Assembly (NCBI GenBank): GCA_020721025.1
Contig: DYNO01000003.1
Coordinates: 1 to 37,345, forward strand
Origin: Thiomargarita sp.
GTDB lineage: Bacteria > Pseudomonadota > Gammaproteobacteria > Beggiatoales > Beggiatoaceae
Reading direction: 5' to 3'
DNA: 37,345 nucleotides
Part shown: positions 1-9,633 of the stretch, piece by piece
Numbering within the stretch: the stretch's first letter is position 1
Layout: every line of letters starts with the position of its first letter
The notes under the pieces: model-generated
What the model was told of the DNA's origin: nothing
Databases searched by the model: none
What the model saw: the letters and a program-made list of their open reading frames with translations, nothing else
Position numbers and translations under genes: made by a program

Positions 1-216
1 TGATAATTTCTAACTCATTGTTTTTTATCATCTTGATGAAAAATTGTTGCTCCGTTGAAATGGAGAGTGAAATACAGATGGTTAAACTCATCAAATTTGA
101 ACCGGTGACGCGGAGCGTTTGGGCTGCATTCCAACGCGGAGCATCGGAACGAGGAACTCTTTGTTTTATTTGAAATGATTTCTCAAGCTAATCTTATGAT
201 AAACCAAGGATAAACG

Positions 217-1611
217 ATGGCTGAACTCCCCGTTTTACTACTGATTGATGACGACACCCTCATTTGCGAAACTCTAGCCTTCGGATTACGTGACAGTTTT
301 ATTGTGCATACCGCAGCGACCCGAGATGAAGCAAAACGCCTGCTATACGACATGATCGAGCTACCAAAAATTGCCTTGGTTGACTTAGGATTGCCCCCCA
401 AGCCCCACAGCCCAGAAGAAGGCTTTACATTGGTAAAAGAACTGCTAGAATTCAGTACCGCCATGCGTATCTTGGTACTTTCAGGGCAAGATTCTCAAAA
501 AAATGTCAAGCACGCCTACACGTTAGGAGCGGTGGATTTTATCGCCAAACCGTGTGAAACGCCCGCGCTCAAACAACGATTACAACAGCAACTTGACATT
601 ATTCAGCGCAAAGATTTTCCCGCCAAACCGAAAAATTGTGATTTTCTGATTGGTCAAAGTGTCGCAATGGAATCATTACGCTTACAAATCAAACAGTTTG
701 CAGACTCACCGTTTTCTGTCCTCGTACAAGGGGAATCGGGCACTGGAAAAGAATTAGTGGCACAATGTTTACACATTCAAAGCCAACGCTCACATCATCC
801 CTGTCTCACAGTCAACTGTGCCGCATTTACCTCAGAATTATTAGAAGCACAATTATTCGGACACACCAAGGGCGCGTTTACCGGCGCAGTCGTTGCGAAA
901 TCGGGTTTTTTTGAAGAAGCGGGCAAAGGCTCATTAATTCTCGATGAAATTGGCGAAATGCCGATGGCGTTGCAATCTAAGTTATTGCGTGTGCTCGAAA
1001 ATGGGGAATATTACCGGATCGGAGAAACCAAGGTTCGCAAATCCAATGCCCGTATTATCGCAGAAACCAACCGAGATTTACGTCAAGAAGTAGAAAAAGG
1101 CAATTTTCGCAAAGATTTATATCACCGTCTCAGCGTGTTGACTATCAAAATGCCAAATGTTTCAGAACGGGACGCAGACAAGCTATTGTTACTAGAACAC
1201 TTTCAAAACTTTTACGCCGATATAGGGGCATCCTTTCAACTGGACGCAGAAGCCAAAAAAGTGTGGGAACATTATGATTTTCCGGGCAACGTGCGTGAAT
1301 TACGCAACATCATTATCCGTTTGGGGGCAAAATATCCAAAGCAAGAAGTGACGAAAACACAATTAGAAAACGAACTTGAAATTGAAACTTTTGACAAGAA
1401 AAATCATAGTTTAGATTCAGACGAAGCGATTGCCCAACAATTGAACAGCGGGGATTTTAGCTTAGATGATGTGCTATTGGAATGGGAACGACGTTATATT
1501 AATGTGGCTTTAGAAATAAGTCATGGCAATCTGAGCCAAGCTGCACGGTTTTTAGGCATTAATCGCACCACTTTGTACAGCAAAACGCAACGATTGAATA
1601 AAGAATTGTAG
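217..1611 (+). CDS. sigma54-dependent response regulator (NtrC family, PrsR-like subfamily): receiver + AAA+ + Fis-type HTH
   Basis: N-terminal receiver (LLLIDDD; VDLGLPPKPHSPEEGF phospho-acceptor region, a pattern typical of PEP-CTERM-box regulator PrsR). AAA+ core with Walker A GESGTGKE and sigma54-contact loop GAFTGA. C-terminal HTH SQAARFLGINRTTLYSK. Confidence 0.9.
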   Translation: MAELPVLLLIDDDTLICETLAFGLRDSFIVHTAATRDEAKRLLYDMIELPKIALVDLGLPPKPHSPEEGFTLVKELLEFSTAMRILVLSGQDSQKNVKHAYTLGAVDFIAKPCETPALKQRLQQQLDIIQRKDFPAKPKNCDFLIGQSVAMESLRLQIKQFADSPFSVLVQGESGTGKELVAQCLHIQSQRSHHPCLTVNCAAFTSELLEAQLFGHTKGAFTGAVVAKSGFFEEAGKGSLILDEIGEMPMALQSKLLRVLENGEYYRIGETKVRKSNARIIAETNRDLRQEVEKGNFRKDLYHRLSVLTIKMPNVSERDADKLLLLEHFQNFYADIGASFQLDAEAKKVWEHYDFPGNVRELRNIIIRLGAKYPKQEVTKTQLENELEIETFDKKNHSLDSDEAIAQQLNSGDFSLDDVLLEWERRYINVALEISHGNLSQAARFLGINRTTLYSKTQRLNKEL

Positions 1612-1684
1612 CCGCAGACGGTGAGTGAATTAAGTCATACGGCACGGGATTGTCAGCGCAACTCAACAGTACGGATGCAACCTC

Positions 1685-3721
1685 ATGATATATCATTGGT
1701 TTTTACTATCACTGTTATTAGCAACATCCGCCCACGCCCTAGACGAAATCAATTTAAACGTTGGCGAAATTGAAAACACGGGGTGGAAACTAAAAGGAGT
1801 GGTTTTGACCGCTCGTGATTTATCGTTGGACAAACCAGAAATAAGTTTGAAAATTCAAGAAATTAAGTTAGCTGCATTGAAGCAACCGCTGAAAAATCTC
1901 GCCCTCAGTTGCAACCGTCTTGAATACCAACCAGACAAAATTTCGTGTGCTCAAGGCAATTTACAAACGGACAACAATTTACTCGAAAAAACTGATTCCA
2001 TACTGATAGTTAACTACGACCTCAAGCAAAAAAATCTGAATGTCGAGTTGAAACAAGTGACGCTGGCACAGGGTAAGATTCAAGCCAAAATTACCACGAC
2101 TCCGACCCATTGGCAAGCCGATATTGCAATCCAAAAGTTAGTTTTAGACGCACTGGTGAAGAAAATTCAGCATTTTACCGACAAAGTACCTGATTTCAAG
2201 CCGCAAGGTAAACTCACCGCAACGACCCAAATTTCTGGCAATGTGGGGTTAGAACAGATTGTTCTCAAAGGAGATATTGAAAAATTAGGGTTTGAAAGTA
2301 ACAGTGGAATGCAGGCGGCACAAAAGCTCGATTTATTGTTCAATGCCACGTTACAACCGATTAAAAATACTTGGAAAATGAACGGTTCGTTGGGATTAAA
2401 ACAAGGTGAGATGTTATTTGATCCCGTTTATGTCACTTTTACCAAACCGGCAAGTGCTGAATTTGATCTGGTTTGGTCTCCCGAATTTCTCGATATTGCT
2501 CATTTGGCGTATCATCACAGCGATATTTTAAATTTTGAAGGCTATAGCGAAGTTAACTTGGGAAAAAATTTTAAAATCAAAGAATTATTTGTTCGGTTTG
2601 ACAAAACTTCGTTGCCCTCGCTATACGAAATTTATCTCAAAAATTGGTTACAGACCAGTTATAACCTCGAATTAATCACTTCTGGGGCGTTGGAGGCAGA
2701 ATTTGGTTGGGATGGTCAAAATAGCATGTTAAGTTCTCAACTGTACGACGTGTCACTCGAAAATTCACAGCAATCATTTGGCTGGCAGGGCATTCACGGT
2801 ACAATTCAGTGGCATAACCAAGATGAAGATTTGCAAACCGAATTACGCTGGACCGGCGGCTATCTGGGCAAGGTAAAGTTGGGAAAAAGTGCGATTAAAC
2901 TAGATTCATCGGGCAACACGATAAAATTGCTCACTCCCGTCGAACAGCCAATTTTAGATGGCGCATTGCGGATCGAAAAATTCCTGTTGCAACATCCGGG
3001 CAAGGCAGAAATGTCGTGGGAACTGTTGCCCAGTTTTCGTCAAATTTCAATGGAAAGTATCACTCAAACCTTTGAATTACCTGCGCTGAAGGGAAAATTT
3101 GCCAGTCATTTACCACTATTTCGCTATCACAATCAATTGTTACAAGCCGAAGGAAAAGTGTTAATTCAAGCCTTTGACGGTGATATTGTCTTAAACGACC
3201 TGAAAATAGAAAATTTGCTCGGTAAGTCACCGATATTAAAAACCAATGTCGATATTCAAAAAATCAATTTAAAAACCTTGACCAGCGTCACTAACTTTGG
3301 TGAGATTCAAGGGCAATTATCAGGAAAAATCAATCAGTTACATTTGAATCATTGGCAACCGGTTTCATTTGATGCCTACTTTGCAACGCCCGAAGATAAC
3401 ACGTTACCGCGCAAAATTAGCCAAAAAGCCGTGAACAGCCTTTCTAATTTGGGAGGGGGCGGTGTGGTCAATGCATTGTCGCAGGGAATCTTGAGTTTTT
3501 TTGAAGACTTTTCGTATGAAAAAATCAATTGGGGCTGTCACTTAGAAAATAAAATTTGTCAATTGCGCCAGATGGAGCCTGCAACTCAGGGTTATTACAT
3601 TGTCAAAGGAAGTGGTTTGCCGCGCATCGATGTGATTGGTTATAACAAAGAATTTAGTTGGGATACCTTGCTCAATCGTTTGAAAACATTGGCAAAAACA
3701 GGAAAACCGGTGATTAAATAA
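1685..3721 (+). CDS. large exported protein of unknown function (678 aa); possibly an AsmA/YdbH-like envelope protein
   Basis: Long uninterrupted ORF with a cleavable-looking signal peptide (MIYHWFLLSLLLATSAHA/LDE). No catalytic motifs recognised. The AsmA/YdbH-like idea rests only on size, export signal and the C-terminal region, and is weak. Confidence 0.75.
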   Translation: MIYHWFLLSLLLATSAHALDEINLNVGEIENTGWKLKGVVLTARDLSLDKPEISLKIQEIKLAALKQPLKNLALSCNRLEYQPDKISCAQGNLQTDNNLLEKTDSILIVNYDLKQKNLNVELKQVTLAQGKIQAKITTTPTHWQADIAIQKLVLDALVKKIQHFTDKVPDFKPQGKLTATTQISGNVGLEQIVLKGDIEKLGFESNSGMQAAQKLDLLFNATLQPIKNTWKMNGSLGLKQGEMLFDPVYVTFTKPASAEFDLVWSPEFLDIAHLAYHHSDILNFEGYSEVNLGKNFKIKELFVRFDKTSLPSLYEIYLKNWLQTSYNLELITSGALEAEFGWDGQNSMLSSQLYDVSLENSQQSFGWQGIHGTIQWHNQDEDLQTELRWTGGYLGKVKLGKSAIKLDSSGNTIKLLTPVEQPILDGALRIEKFLLQHPGKAEMSWELLPSFRQISMESITQTFELPALKGKFASHLPLFRYHNQLLQAEGKVLIQAFDGDIVLNDLKIENLLGKSPILKTNVDIQKINLKTLTSVTNFGEIQGQLSGKINQLHLNHWQPVSFDAYFATPEDNTLPRKISQKAVNSLSNLGGGGVVNALSQGILSFFEDFSYEKINWGCHLENKICQLRQMEPATQGYYIVKGSGLPRIDVIGYNKEFSWDTLLNRLKTLAKTGKPVIK

Positions 3722-4021
3722 TCTGGTGATCTCAAATTTGCACGCGGTCATGATAAAACTCGTTACGTGCGTTCAAAAATAGATTGACTCAGAATTATCT
3801 AAATTACAAACCAATTGTTGCTAATTGATTGATTTATCGAAAATTAAATATGATTTTTTTAGTTATCTCCAAATTGATATCACAATAGTCACATTTCGCC
3901 TAAATTTTCATTTTTTCAAACGCGTGAGCCGTTGCTATGGTGTAACGCTTGTGCATTTTTGTTTCAGATAATGCTATGATTCTCGCCAACATAGAACACA
4001 ACAATTACCAAGGAGGTTACG

Positions 4022-4414
4022 ATGGCATTTTTTGAATGGGACAGCGCGCTTGATGTGGGCGTGGCAGAAATGAATGAGCAGCATAAGACGTTGATTAGTC
4101 TCATGAAAGTGTTGTATCAGGAAAACTTGGCGAGCCATTCTAAGGCTGAATTGATCGTTGCCATCGACAATCTGGTCAGTTATGTGGTGAAACATTTCCA
4201 TGACGAAGAAAGCTATATGGCAAGTATTCAATTTCCCACGTTGGAAACACACAAGCAAATTCATCAACATCTGCTGGAAGATTTAGGCAAACTCATTGAA
4301 CAGTTTAAATAAAGTGATATGAATCAATTGAATAGCGAGTTTATCATGTTCTTAAAATTCTGGTTATCGACTCATATCAGAGGGATAGACACAAAATACG
4401 GACAACGCCGATAG
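4022..4414 (+). pseudogene. bacteriohemerythrin interrupted by a single in-frame TAA (4310-4312)
   Basis: Strong RBS AAGGAGG before the ATG at 4022. Residues 1-96 carry hemerythrin ligand motifs (EQH, HFHDEE, HKQIHQH). After the TAA the same frame continues as SDMNQLNSEFIMFLKFWLSTHIRGIDTKYGQRR to TAG 4412-4414, supplying the missing WLxxHIxxxD ligand motif. The total of about 130 codons is the normal hemerythrin length. Confidence 0.8.
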
Positions 4415-4471
4415 CAGCAATGCGCGCGAATGGGTCGAAAATTGCGCCATCCATTCGCAATGAAACCATGT

Positions 4472-5239
4472 TTAAATAGGCGGTACTTCAAAAATTTGAT
4501 TCACAGAAATTTCACCAGATTCAATCACTTGCACGTAGATGCCGCAATTGCGATGTCCAAAAGTTTTCATCAGTGTTTGTGGAATTTGTAAATCCCGTTG
4601 TGCAGTCTCAGGATTCACATTCGTCGCCGCGCACCGTTCGGTAGCCTTCAATACCTTGACCGTTGCTGTACCCAATTGAAACGTTTTTCCTGTCCAATCA
4701 AGCTCTTCAAATGCCGTCCCGCCATCGAAATACAAATTCGCACGAAATCGCAATGGGTGTAGTTCCTTGCCAAAAACGGGTTCTAATTCTCGCAAAGTAG
4801 CCAAATTAATACATGAAATTACCCGTGCAGCCACATCAGAAAATGTATAATCAATATCTTGCGCATAAACCAACTTAGGACGCGCAGGAATTTCATTCCC
4901 CAAATATTCCACTATAAAATCTTCCAATTGCTGCCGCCCCGCCGCCGTATCGACTTGTCCGCTCACCATTGCCGCCCCCGGTGGTTGAATGTACAAAGTG
5001 CGTGTGGCTTCATCAAAAGTGGTCTGCAACGCGGATAATTTCTCATTTTTCATCAACATCAAGAAATCCGTTTTGGGATGATGTTGTGGTGCAAGCGGAT
5101 TAAATGGCGTGGTTTGATGAGCAAATGCCAGACAACGATCTGATTTTATTGCTTTACCCACTTCAACCGTCACTGAGGACAGCGATTCAGGACTGCCCCC
5201 TTTCAGTGGATAACGATACAACTGTTTGATAATAGGCAT
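4472..5239 (-). CDS. MOSC domain-containing protein (MOSC_N beta-barrel + MOSC)
   Basis: N-terminus MPIIKQLYRYPLKGGSPESL is typical of MOSC_N. The C-terminal part has a conserved Cys context (ATERCAATNVNPETA). Confidence 0.8.
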   Translation of the reverse strand: MPIIKQLYRYPLKGGSPESLSSVTVEVGKAIKSDRCLAFAHQTTPFNPLAPQHHPKTDFLMLMKNEKLSALQTTFDEATRTLYIQPPGAAMVSGQVDTAAGRQQLEDFIVEYLGNEIPARPKLVYAQDIDYTFSDVAARVISCINLATLRELEPVFGKELHPLRFRANLYFDGGTAFEELDWTGKTFQLGTATVKVLKATERCAATNVNPETAQRDLQIPQTLMKTFGHRNCGIYVQVIESGEISVNQIFEVPPI

Positions 5240-5378
5240 GATAATCCTTAAGTTTGATAAATTTGGACAAGTACGAAATTCATTTATAAAGATATTTTAT
5301 TATCCAACTGATTGAAACTAAAATAAAATTCTAAAACTGGCTGAACTGCGCCTCTATCTCGCACCATTTCTACAATGG

Positions 5379-8300
5379 TTAATCCAAAATTGACTTTTCT
5401 GGTGGGGCAGCAGGGAGAGAGACAGAATCAATTTGAGGTTTATCCCATGTTCCCGTTACACGATACTGATAATTAACACTTTTTTCAATTTCGCTTTCAA
5501 TTATTTTTTGTATAATTATCGCAATTGCCCCCACACCAAACCCACCCACCAAGGCTCCGGCAATGGGCAATGTATTGGAAACATGAGGGAAAACATTGAC
5601 TAACTGATTATACTCTTGTTTAATAAAATTAGTCTGTCCTCGAATTTCAATACGTGCCGCAGGTGCTTGAATAATCAGATGATCGGTATGAGCCACCCCA
5701 CGATCTAGGGCAAATTCACCGATGATGTCTGAAAAAACAAAGCCTTTGGAGAAGATATCATTGAAATCCAAAGTAATGCGACGCGGCAATACTCGCAAAT
5801 CAAACAAACCAATCACCCGCCCCACGCCCGGATCCACATCCACAATTTGCCCATCGGTCAAGAGAAAACGCAATTTTCCGATTAATTTCGAGAGCTTGAA
5901 ACGATAGGGCGTGTCGAACCAACTGACATCGACTTCGATTTGTGCATGACCTTCAGAAATCGGTGAATTGGTGAATCCCAATTTTTTTAGAAACAGCGGG
6001 ATATTTTTGCTGTCCAACCACAAAGTAAGCAGAGTATGCTGTTGATTATTCACATATTTCCACTCGCCTTTTGCCGCTAAATTCAATCCATCGTTTTTTG
6101 CTTCCAACAGCTCAATAAACAAACCTTCGGGCGTGGGACGGGTGTATAAATTGACATTGCCTAATGCCATCTTGCCCAGTTGAAAATTATCCGCATGAAA
6201 CGTGAAAGTCGGCAATTCACGCGGGTCGGTGCTATCTTTTGGTTCATTTTCGACCAATTCGGGCTTTTCGTCTTCTTGAGGCGGAATAATTAAATTTTTG
6301 AAACTGAGATTGGCAACAGGTTTCTCCTGCGTTGGATCAAACTGAATTTTGCCATCGATGCCTTTACCTGCTAAGGAAACATACCAGATTTCATCGAGTA
6401 ACTTGGCTTTTACTGCCACTTCATCAAATATTTGCCCAAACAGGTCTAAATGATCTGTTTTCACGTCAATTAAAAAAGGAACAGGAAATTTATCTTCTTC
6501 ATTTTGATTATTTTTTTCTTTTTCGCCAAATAACGTTTGTTGCCAAGTTCGCCACGCCAATTCTGGAGTCTGTCCCGTCAACTGTAGCACCGCTGCGTCA
6601 GGTAGGTCAACCGGCGTATCTTGTCCTAATACAATATTGCCACGAGTCAAGCCATGGGCGAAACTGAGCGTGGTACTGACCATTTTTTCAAAACTGACTC
6701 GAACCACCGTATCCCCCAATTTGGGCACAAACGCGTGAACTTGGAAGGGCAAAATTTGTTCTTTCGTTTTCAGTAACGGCTTGGGGAAATCGAGTTGCAT
6801 TCCTTGCATATCACTGTGTAAGTAAATATCGGTGTAGCTGGTTTCTGGCTGTTTTGTTTTAAAAACGCGCACATTACCTTGTAACAGCATCGAACCCGAT
6901 AAATTTTTATAAATATGCTGCCAGTTTTCAAATTCAGAACTGATGTTGTACATTTGTTGATAAATGAAATGTCTATCTACTTGACCAGACAGGGAAACAA
7001 GGATCAATTTTTCATGATTGGCTTGGGGCAGAACGTTGACGGTAAAATCAATGGGCGTATCCGATAATTTGCCGTGCATCGTGTCGCTTGCCAGATGTTT
7101 GCCGTCAAAATACAGCGCGCCGGTCACATCCGTGAGCTTTATTTTTAAGCTATCGTCGTTCACAATTGAATTTTTAAACAAAATTTTGACAAATGTAGTA
7201 TTCGGCGCAGCAGAGAATGGAATGTGCATTTTAAGCTGTATTACAACATTTCCAGCCACTTCTAATTTCCCCTTGCCGACATCAATGTCTTGATGCAATG
7301 GGCTGTTTTGAATGAATTTAATACTGTCTTCACCCGTTCCCGTCAATTCTCCAACAAAATCTAAAGCGGGTTCATCTAGCGTAATATCTTTAATAATTGC
7401 AGTTGCTTGTGTTATCTTACTGCGGTAAATTGTGCCACTTTGCGAAACTAATGTCACCGTGCGTCCTTGAATCTGTAACGAAGTGGTTAAATTTTCAACG
7501 GGGGGCCAACCCTGTTCATATTTCAAACGCACTTTTTCTAAAACCGTTTTCAGTTGCAAATTTTTCTTGTCAAGCAATTGATTGATCGCCCCTTGAATTT
7601 TGATCTCGGCGGTTCTAAAAATTCCTGAAAGTAAAGACTTTTTAAACCATTCCACTGTTGCGGGCAACAATTTATCTGGAATATAACGATGAATTTGGTT
7701 GACCTGTCCATGATGTAGTTGAATACGCAAATCGACTGTGGGAACTTGGGTCGGTTGATTGCCTGACGAAGTTGCGATGGGCACGATAATTTTGCCTGCC
7801 ATTTGAATTTTCAAAGTTTTTTCGTGGGCAAGCAATTGATGGACGATGAAGCTCCATTGATGAGCGGTTTGTTTCCATTGGAAATCGGCTTGAAAATTTT
7901 CTAATTTGAATGAGTGGCTATACCACTGTTGTTGATTAATCACCAAAGTCGCTTGTTGGATTTTGAACCGAGTTTGTGGCAAATTCAGTTCAAGTAATCC
8001 ACTGAAATTGACTGCGGGTAAATTGAGCGTAAATTGAATTTTTAGTTGAGTTAATTCTTTGTTAGAACTTAAGATTTTTCCTTCAAATTTGAATTGTTGC
8101 GATTGATTCTGATTGTCGGATAAATTGGCTTGAATAATAATTTTTTGGGCATTGTTCTGATGTTGCAAAGCCAACGTGATATTTTGCAAACGCACCGGTT
8201 TATTTTCCGTCGCTAACCAAGTTAATTCGGGAATTTTTAGGGATAATTCTTGTTGCTGTAATAGCCAATGTAACAACATAGCCATTTGAGGGGTATCCAT

Positions 8301-8438
8301 CGCGGAAGTCGCACGCGCGGGCGAAATGAGTGATATAGTTATACAACTCATTGAATAGACGATTATTAATTGACATGCGAATAGTGTTACGTGATGCAAT
8401 ATTTTAAGCATAGTTGTTTGAAATTCGGTAAAAATCAT
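5379..8438 (-). CDS. yhdP: YhdP-family (AsmA-like, TIGR02099-type) envelope protein
   Basis: The C-terminal region matches the YhdP signature by eye: GRVIGLFDLRVLPRRITLDFNDIFSKGFVFSDI...YRVTGTWDKPQI. There is an N-terminal membrane anchor. At 1019 aa it is shorter than enterobacterial YhdP. The start codon is uncertain (no clear RBS; alternative ATG at 8411). Confidence 0.8.
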   Translation of the reverse strand: MIFTEFQTTMLKILHHVTLFACQLIIVYSMSCITISLISPARATSAMDTPQMAMLLHWLLQQQELSLKIPELTWLATENKPVRLQNITLALQHQNNAQKIIIQANLSDNQNQSQQFKFEGKILSSNKELTQLKIQFTLNLPAVNFSGLLELNLPQTRFKIQQATLVINQQQWYSHSFKLENFQADFQWKQTAHQWSFIVHQLLAHEKTLKIQMAGKIIVPIATSSGNQPTQVPTVDLRIQLHHGQVNQIHRYIPDKLLPATVEWFKKSLLSGIFRTAEIKIQGAINQLLDKKNLQLKTVLEKVRLKYEQGWPPVENLTTSLQIQGRTVTLVSQSGTIYRSKITQATAIIKDITLDEPALDFVGELTGTGEDSIKFIQNSPLHQDIDVGKGKLEVAGNVVIQLKMHIPFSAAPNTTFVKILFKNSIVNDDSLKIKLTDVTGALYFDGKHLASDTMHGKLSDTPIDFTVNVLPQANHEKLILVSLSGQVDRHFIYQQMYNISSEFENWQHIYKNLSGSMLLQGNVRVFKTKQPETSYTDIYLHSDMQGMQLDFPKPLLKTKEQILPFQVHAFVPKLGDTVVRVSFEKMVSTTLSFAHGLTRGNIVLGQDTPVDLPDAAVLQLTGQTPELAWRTWQQTLFGEKEKNNQNEEDKFPVPFLIDVKTDHLDLFGQIFDEVAVKAKLLDEIWYVSLAGKGIDGKIQFDPTQEKPVANLSFKNLIIPPQEDEKPELVENEPKDSTDPRELPTFTFHADNFQLGKMALGNVNLYTRPTPEGLFIELLEAKNDGLNLAAKGEWKYVNNQQHTLLTLWLDSKNIPLFLKKLGFTNSPISEGHAQIEVDVSWFDTPYRFKLSKLIGKLRFLLTDGQIVDVDPGVGRVIGLFDLRVLPRRITLDFNDIFSKGFVFSDIIGEFALDRGVAHTDHLIIQAPAARIEIRGQTNFIKQEYNQLVNVFPHVSNTLPIAGALVGGFGVGAIAIIIQKIIESEIEKSVNYQYRVTGTWDKPQIDSVSLPAAPPEKSILD

Positions 8439-9252
8439 TGTTGCAGGCTTAATACGATTAAGTAAAAGTCATTTTCAAGATCGGATGAAGAGATTGATTC
8501 GCTATATTGAAAAACAAAATCAGTCACAAATATCATTAATTTATTGAAATATAATTAGTTTTATTATCAGTTTTTGAATCATTTTTTGGTGTTGTCCTCG
8601 GTTGAGATTGTGCGAAATTTTTAAATTTTCTCTTGGTGTGATGCGCCTAGATAAAGGGAATACGCTGGGTAAAATTTGTAAACGAGGGTATGTTACAGGA
8701 AAATTGAATATTTGGGGTAATTTATCAATTTTTGCTCGTCAGTACAACTGAGATGATTTTAAATATTGTGACATGGTGAAACATTTATGTCCATTCCCAT
8801 TTTAGATGCTGCTATAATAGAACCAATCGAGTGAACAATTAATATGATGATGAAGACAAAAAACGTACCAATCTGTTAAAAGGGTCTGTAAGCGATGATT
8901 TACATAACTAATTCAATTTATTAATGATAATTATACCATCTTTACCGAAAGTTGCAGCACTATTTTAACTACATTGTGATGAGCATTGAGCATTCATTAT
9001 CACAAATTTTCCCCAAATAACTATTTTATACAGTAAAATAAATTATTCTGGTCATTTTGTATTAGCTCAGTTTGTGTGCAGTCTCAATCATGCCGAATGA
9101 CTCATTGATAAAATGAGCGTTACGTGTTGATTAGAGTTTTTTAGCGCAATTTCAGCAGTAATCTGATAATAAATTTATTATATTTGAACAAGTTACATTT
9201 TCCATTTATCACAATCCAAGGTATCCCATCTTTTCACGGTTTTATATCACAG

Positions 9253-9633
9253 ATGACACAAAACTCTTCCGAGACCGTCCCAGCAATTGATACTAAGGTA
9301 CTATTGCATATCAAGCTCATGATGGGGGCGGAGTTACAAAGTGTATTGATACAACATTTTATCGACGGTGTGCAGCCCCAACTTGAGGAACTTCGAGAGG
9401 CAATTATCCATCGGGATATTACAAAAATTCGCCAAAAATCCCATCGTCTCAAAGGTGAAAGTTTACAGATGGGTGCGAATCAGATGGCGATGACTTGTCA
9501 ATTGCTTGAAAATATGGCAAAAGAGGCGAATAGCAGCGATGAGCTAAAATACCATGAATATTTAGAAAGATTAGAAATTGAGTTCTCAAGTGTAAAAATT
9601 TTATTGCAGCCGGAAAATGCTCATGAAAACTAA
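9253..9633 (+). CDS. histidine phosphotransfer (Hpt) domain protein
   Basis: Hpt motif SHRLKGESLQMGA with surrounding helical pattern. The ORF track begins at a TTG (9184); the first ATG at 9253 gives a normal-size Hpt. The 3' end overlaps the next gene. Confidence 0.7.
   Translation: MTQNSSETVPAIDTKVLLHIKLMMGAELQSVLIQHFIDGVQPQLEELREAIIHRDITKIRQKSHRLKGESLQMGANQMAMTCQLLENMAKEANSSDELKYHEYLERLEIEFSSVKILLQPENAHEN

Noticed and set aside
183-464. Many 60-126 aa ORFs in the track lie antisense to or out of frame within long conserved genes (e.g. 183-464, 2167-2349, 6332-6667, 12621-12968, 16284-16664, 20109-20444, 22389-22724, 28823-29107, 36676-36986).
   Set aside because: They are fully embedded in, or shadow, genes with clear family signatures. 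They lack RBS or start context and have low-complexity or odd composition. I treat them as non-coding shadows.
1641-1654. A possible sigma54 promoter (cGGCACGGGATTGTC) upstream of the 678-aa gene.
   Set aside because: The -24 GG/GCAC part is good. However, the -12 position reads TGTC instead of TTGC, so the essential GC is not at GG+10 spacing. It is mentioned only as a weak lead.
3874-3887. An FNR/CRP-like half-palindrome TTGATATCACAATA upstream of the hemerythrin gene.
   Set aside because: Only one half-site (TTGAT) matches TTGAT-N4-ATCAA, and the second half is CAATA. That is not enough for a call.
4310-4312. TAA reassignment or programmed recoding as the explanation for the two in-frame TAA codons (4310-4312 and 32866-32868).
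   Set aside because: Most well-supported genes in this window terminate with TAA at family-typical lengths, so TAA functions as a stop here. Nonsense mutation or sequence error is more parsimonious. Low-level readthrough cannot be excluded.
4426-4458. An inverted repeat GCGAATGG-N17-CCATTCGC between the convergent hemerythrin and MOSC genes, considered as a bidirectional terminator.
   Set aside because: The loop is large and there is no U-tract on either strand. It cannot be supported as an intrinsic terminator.
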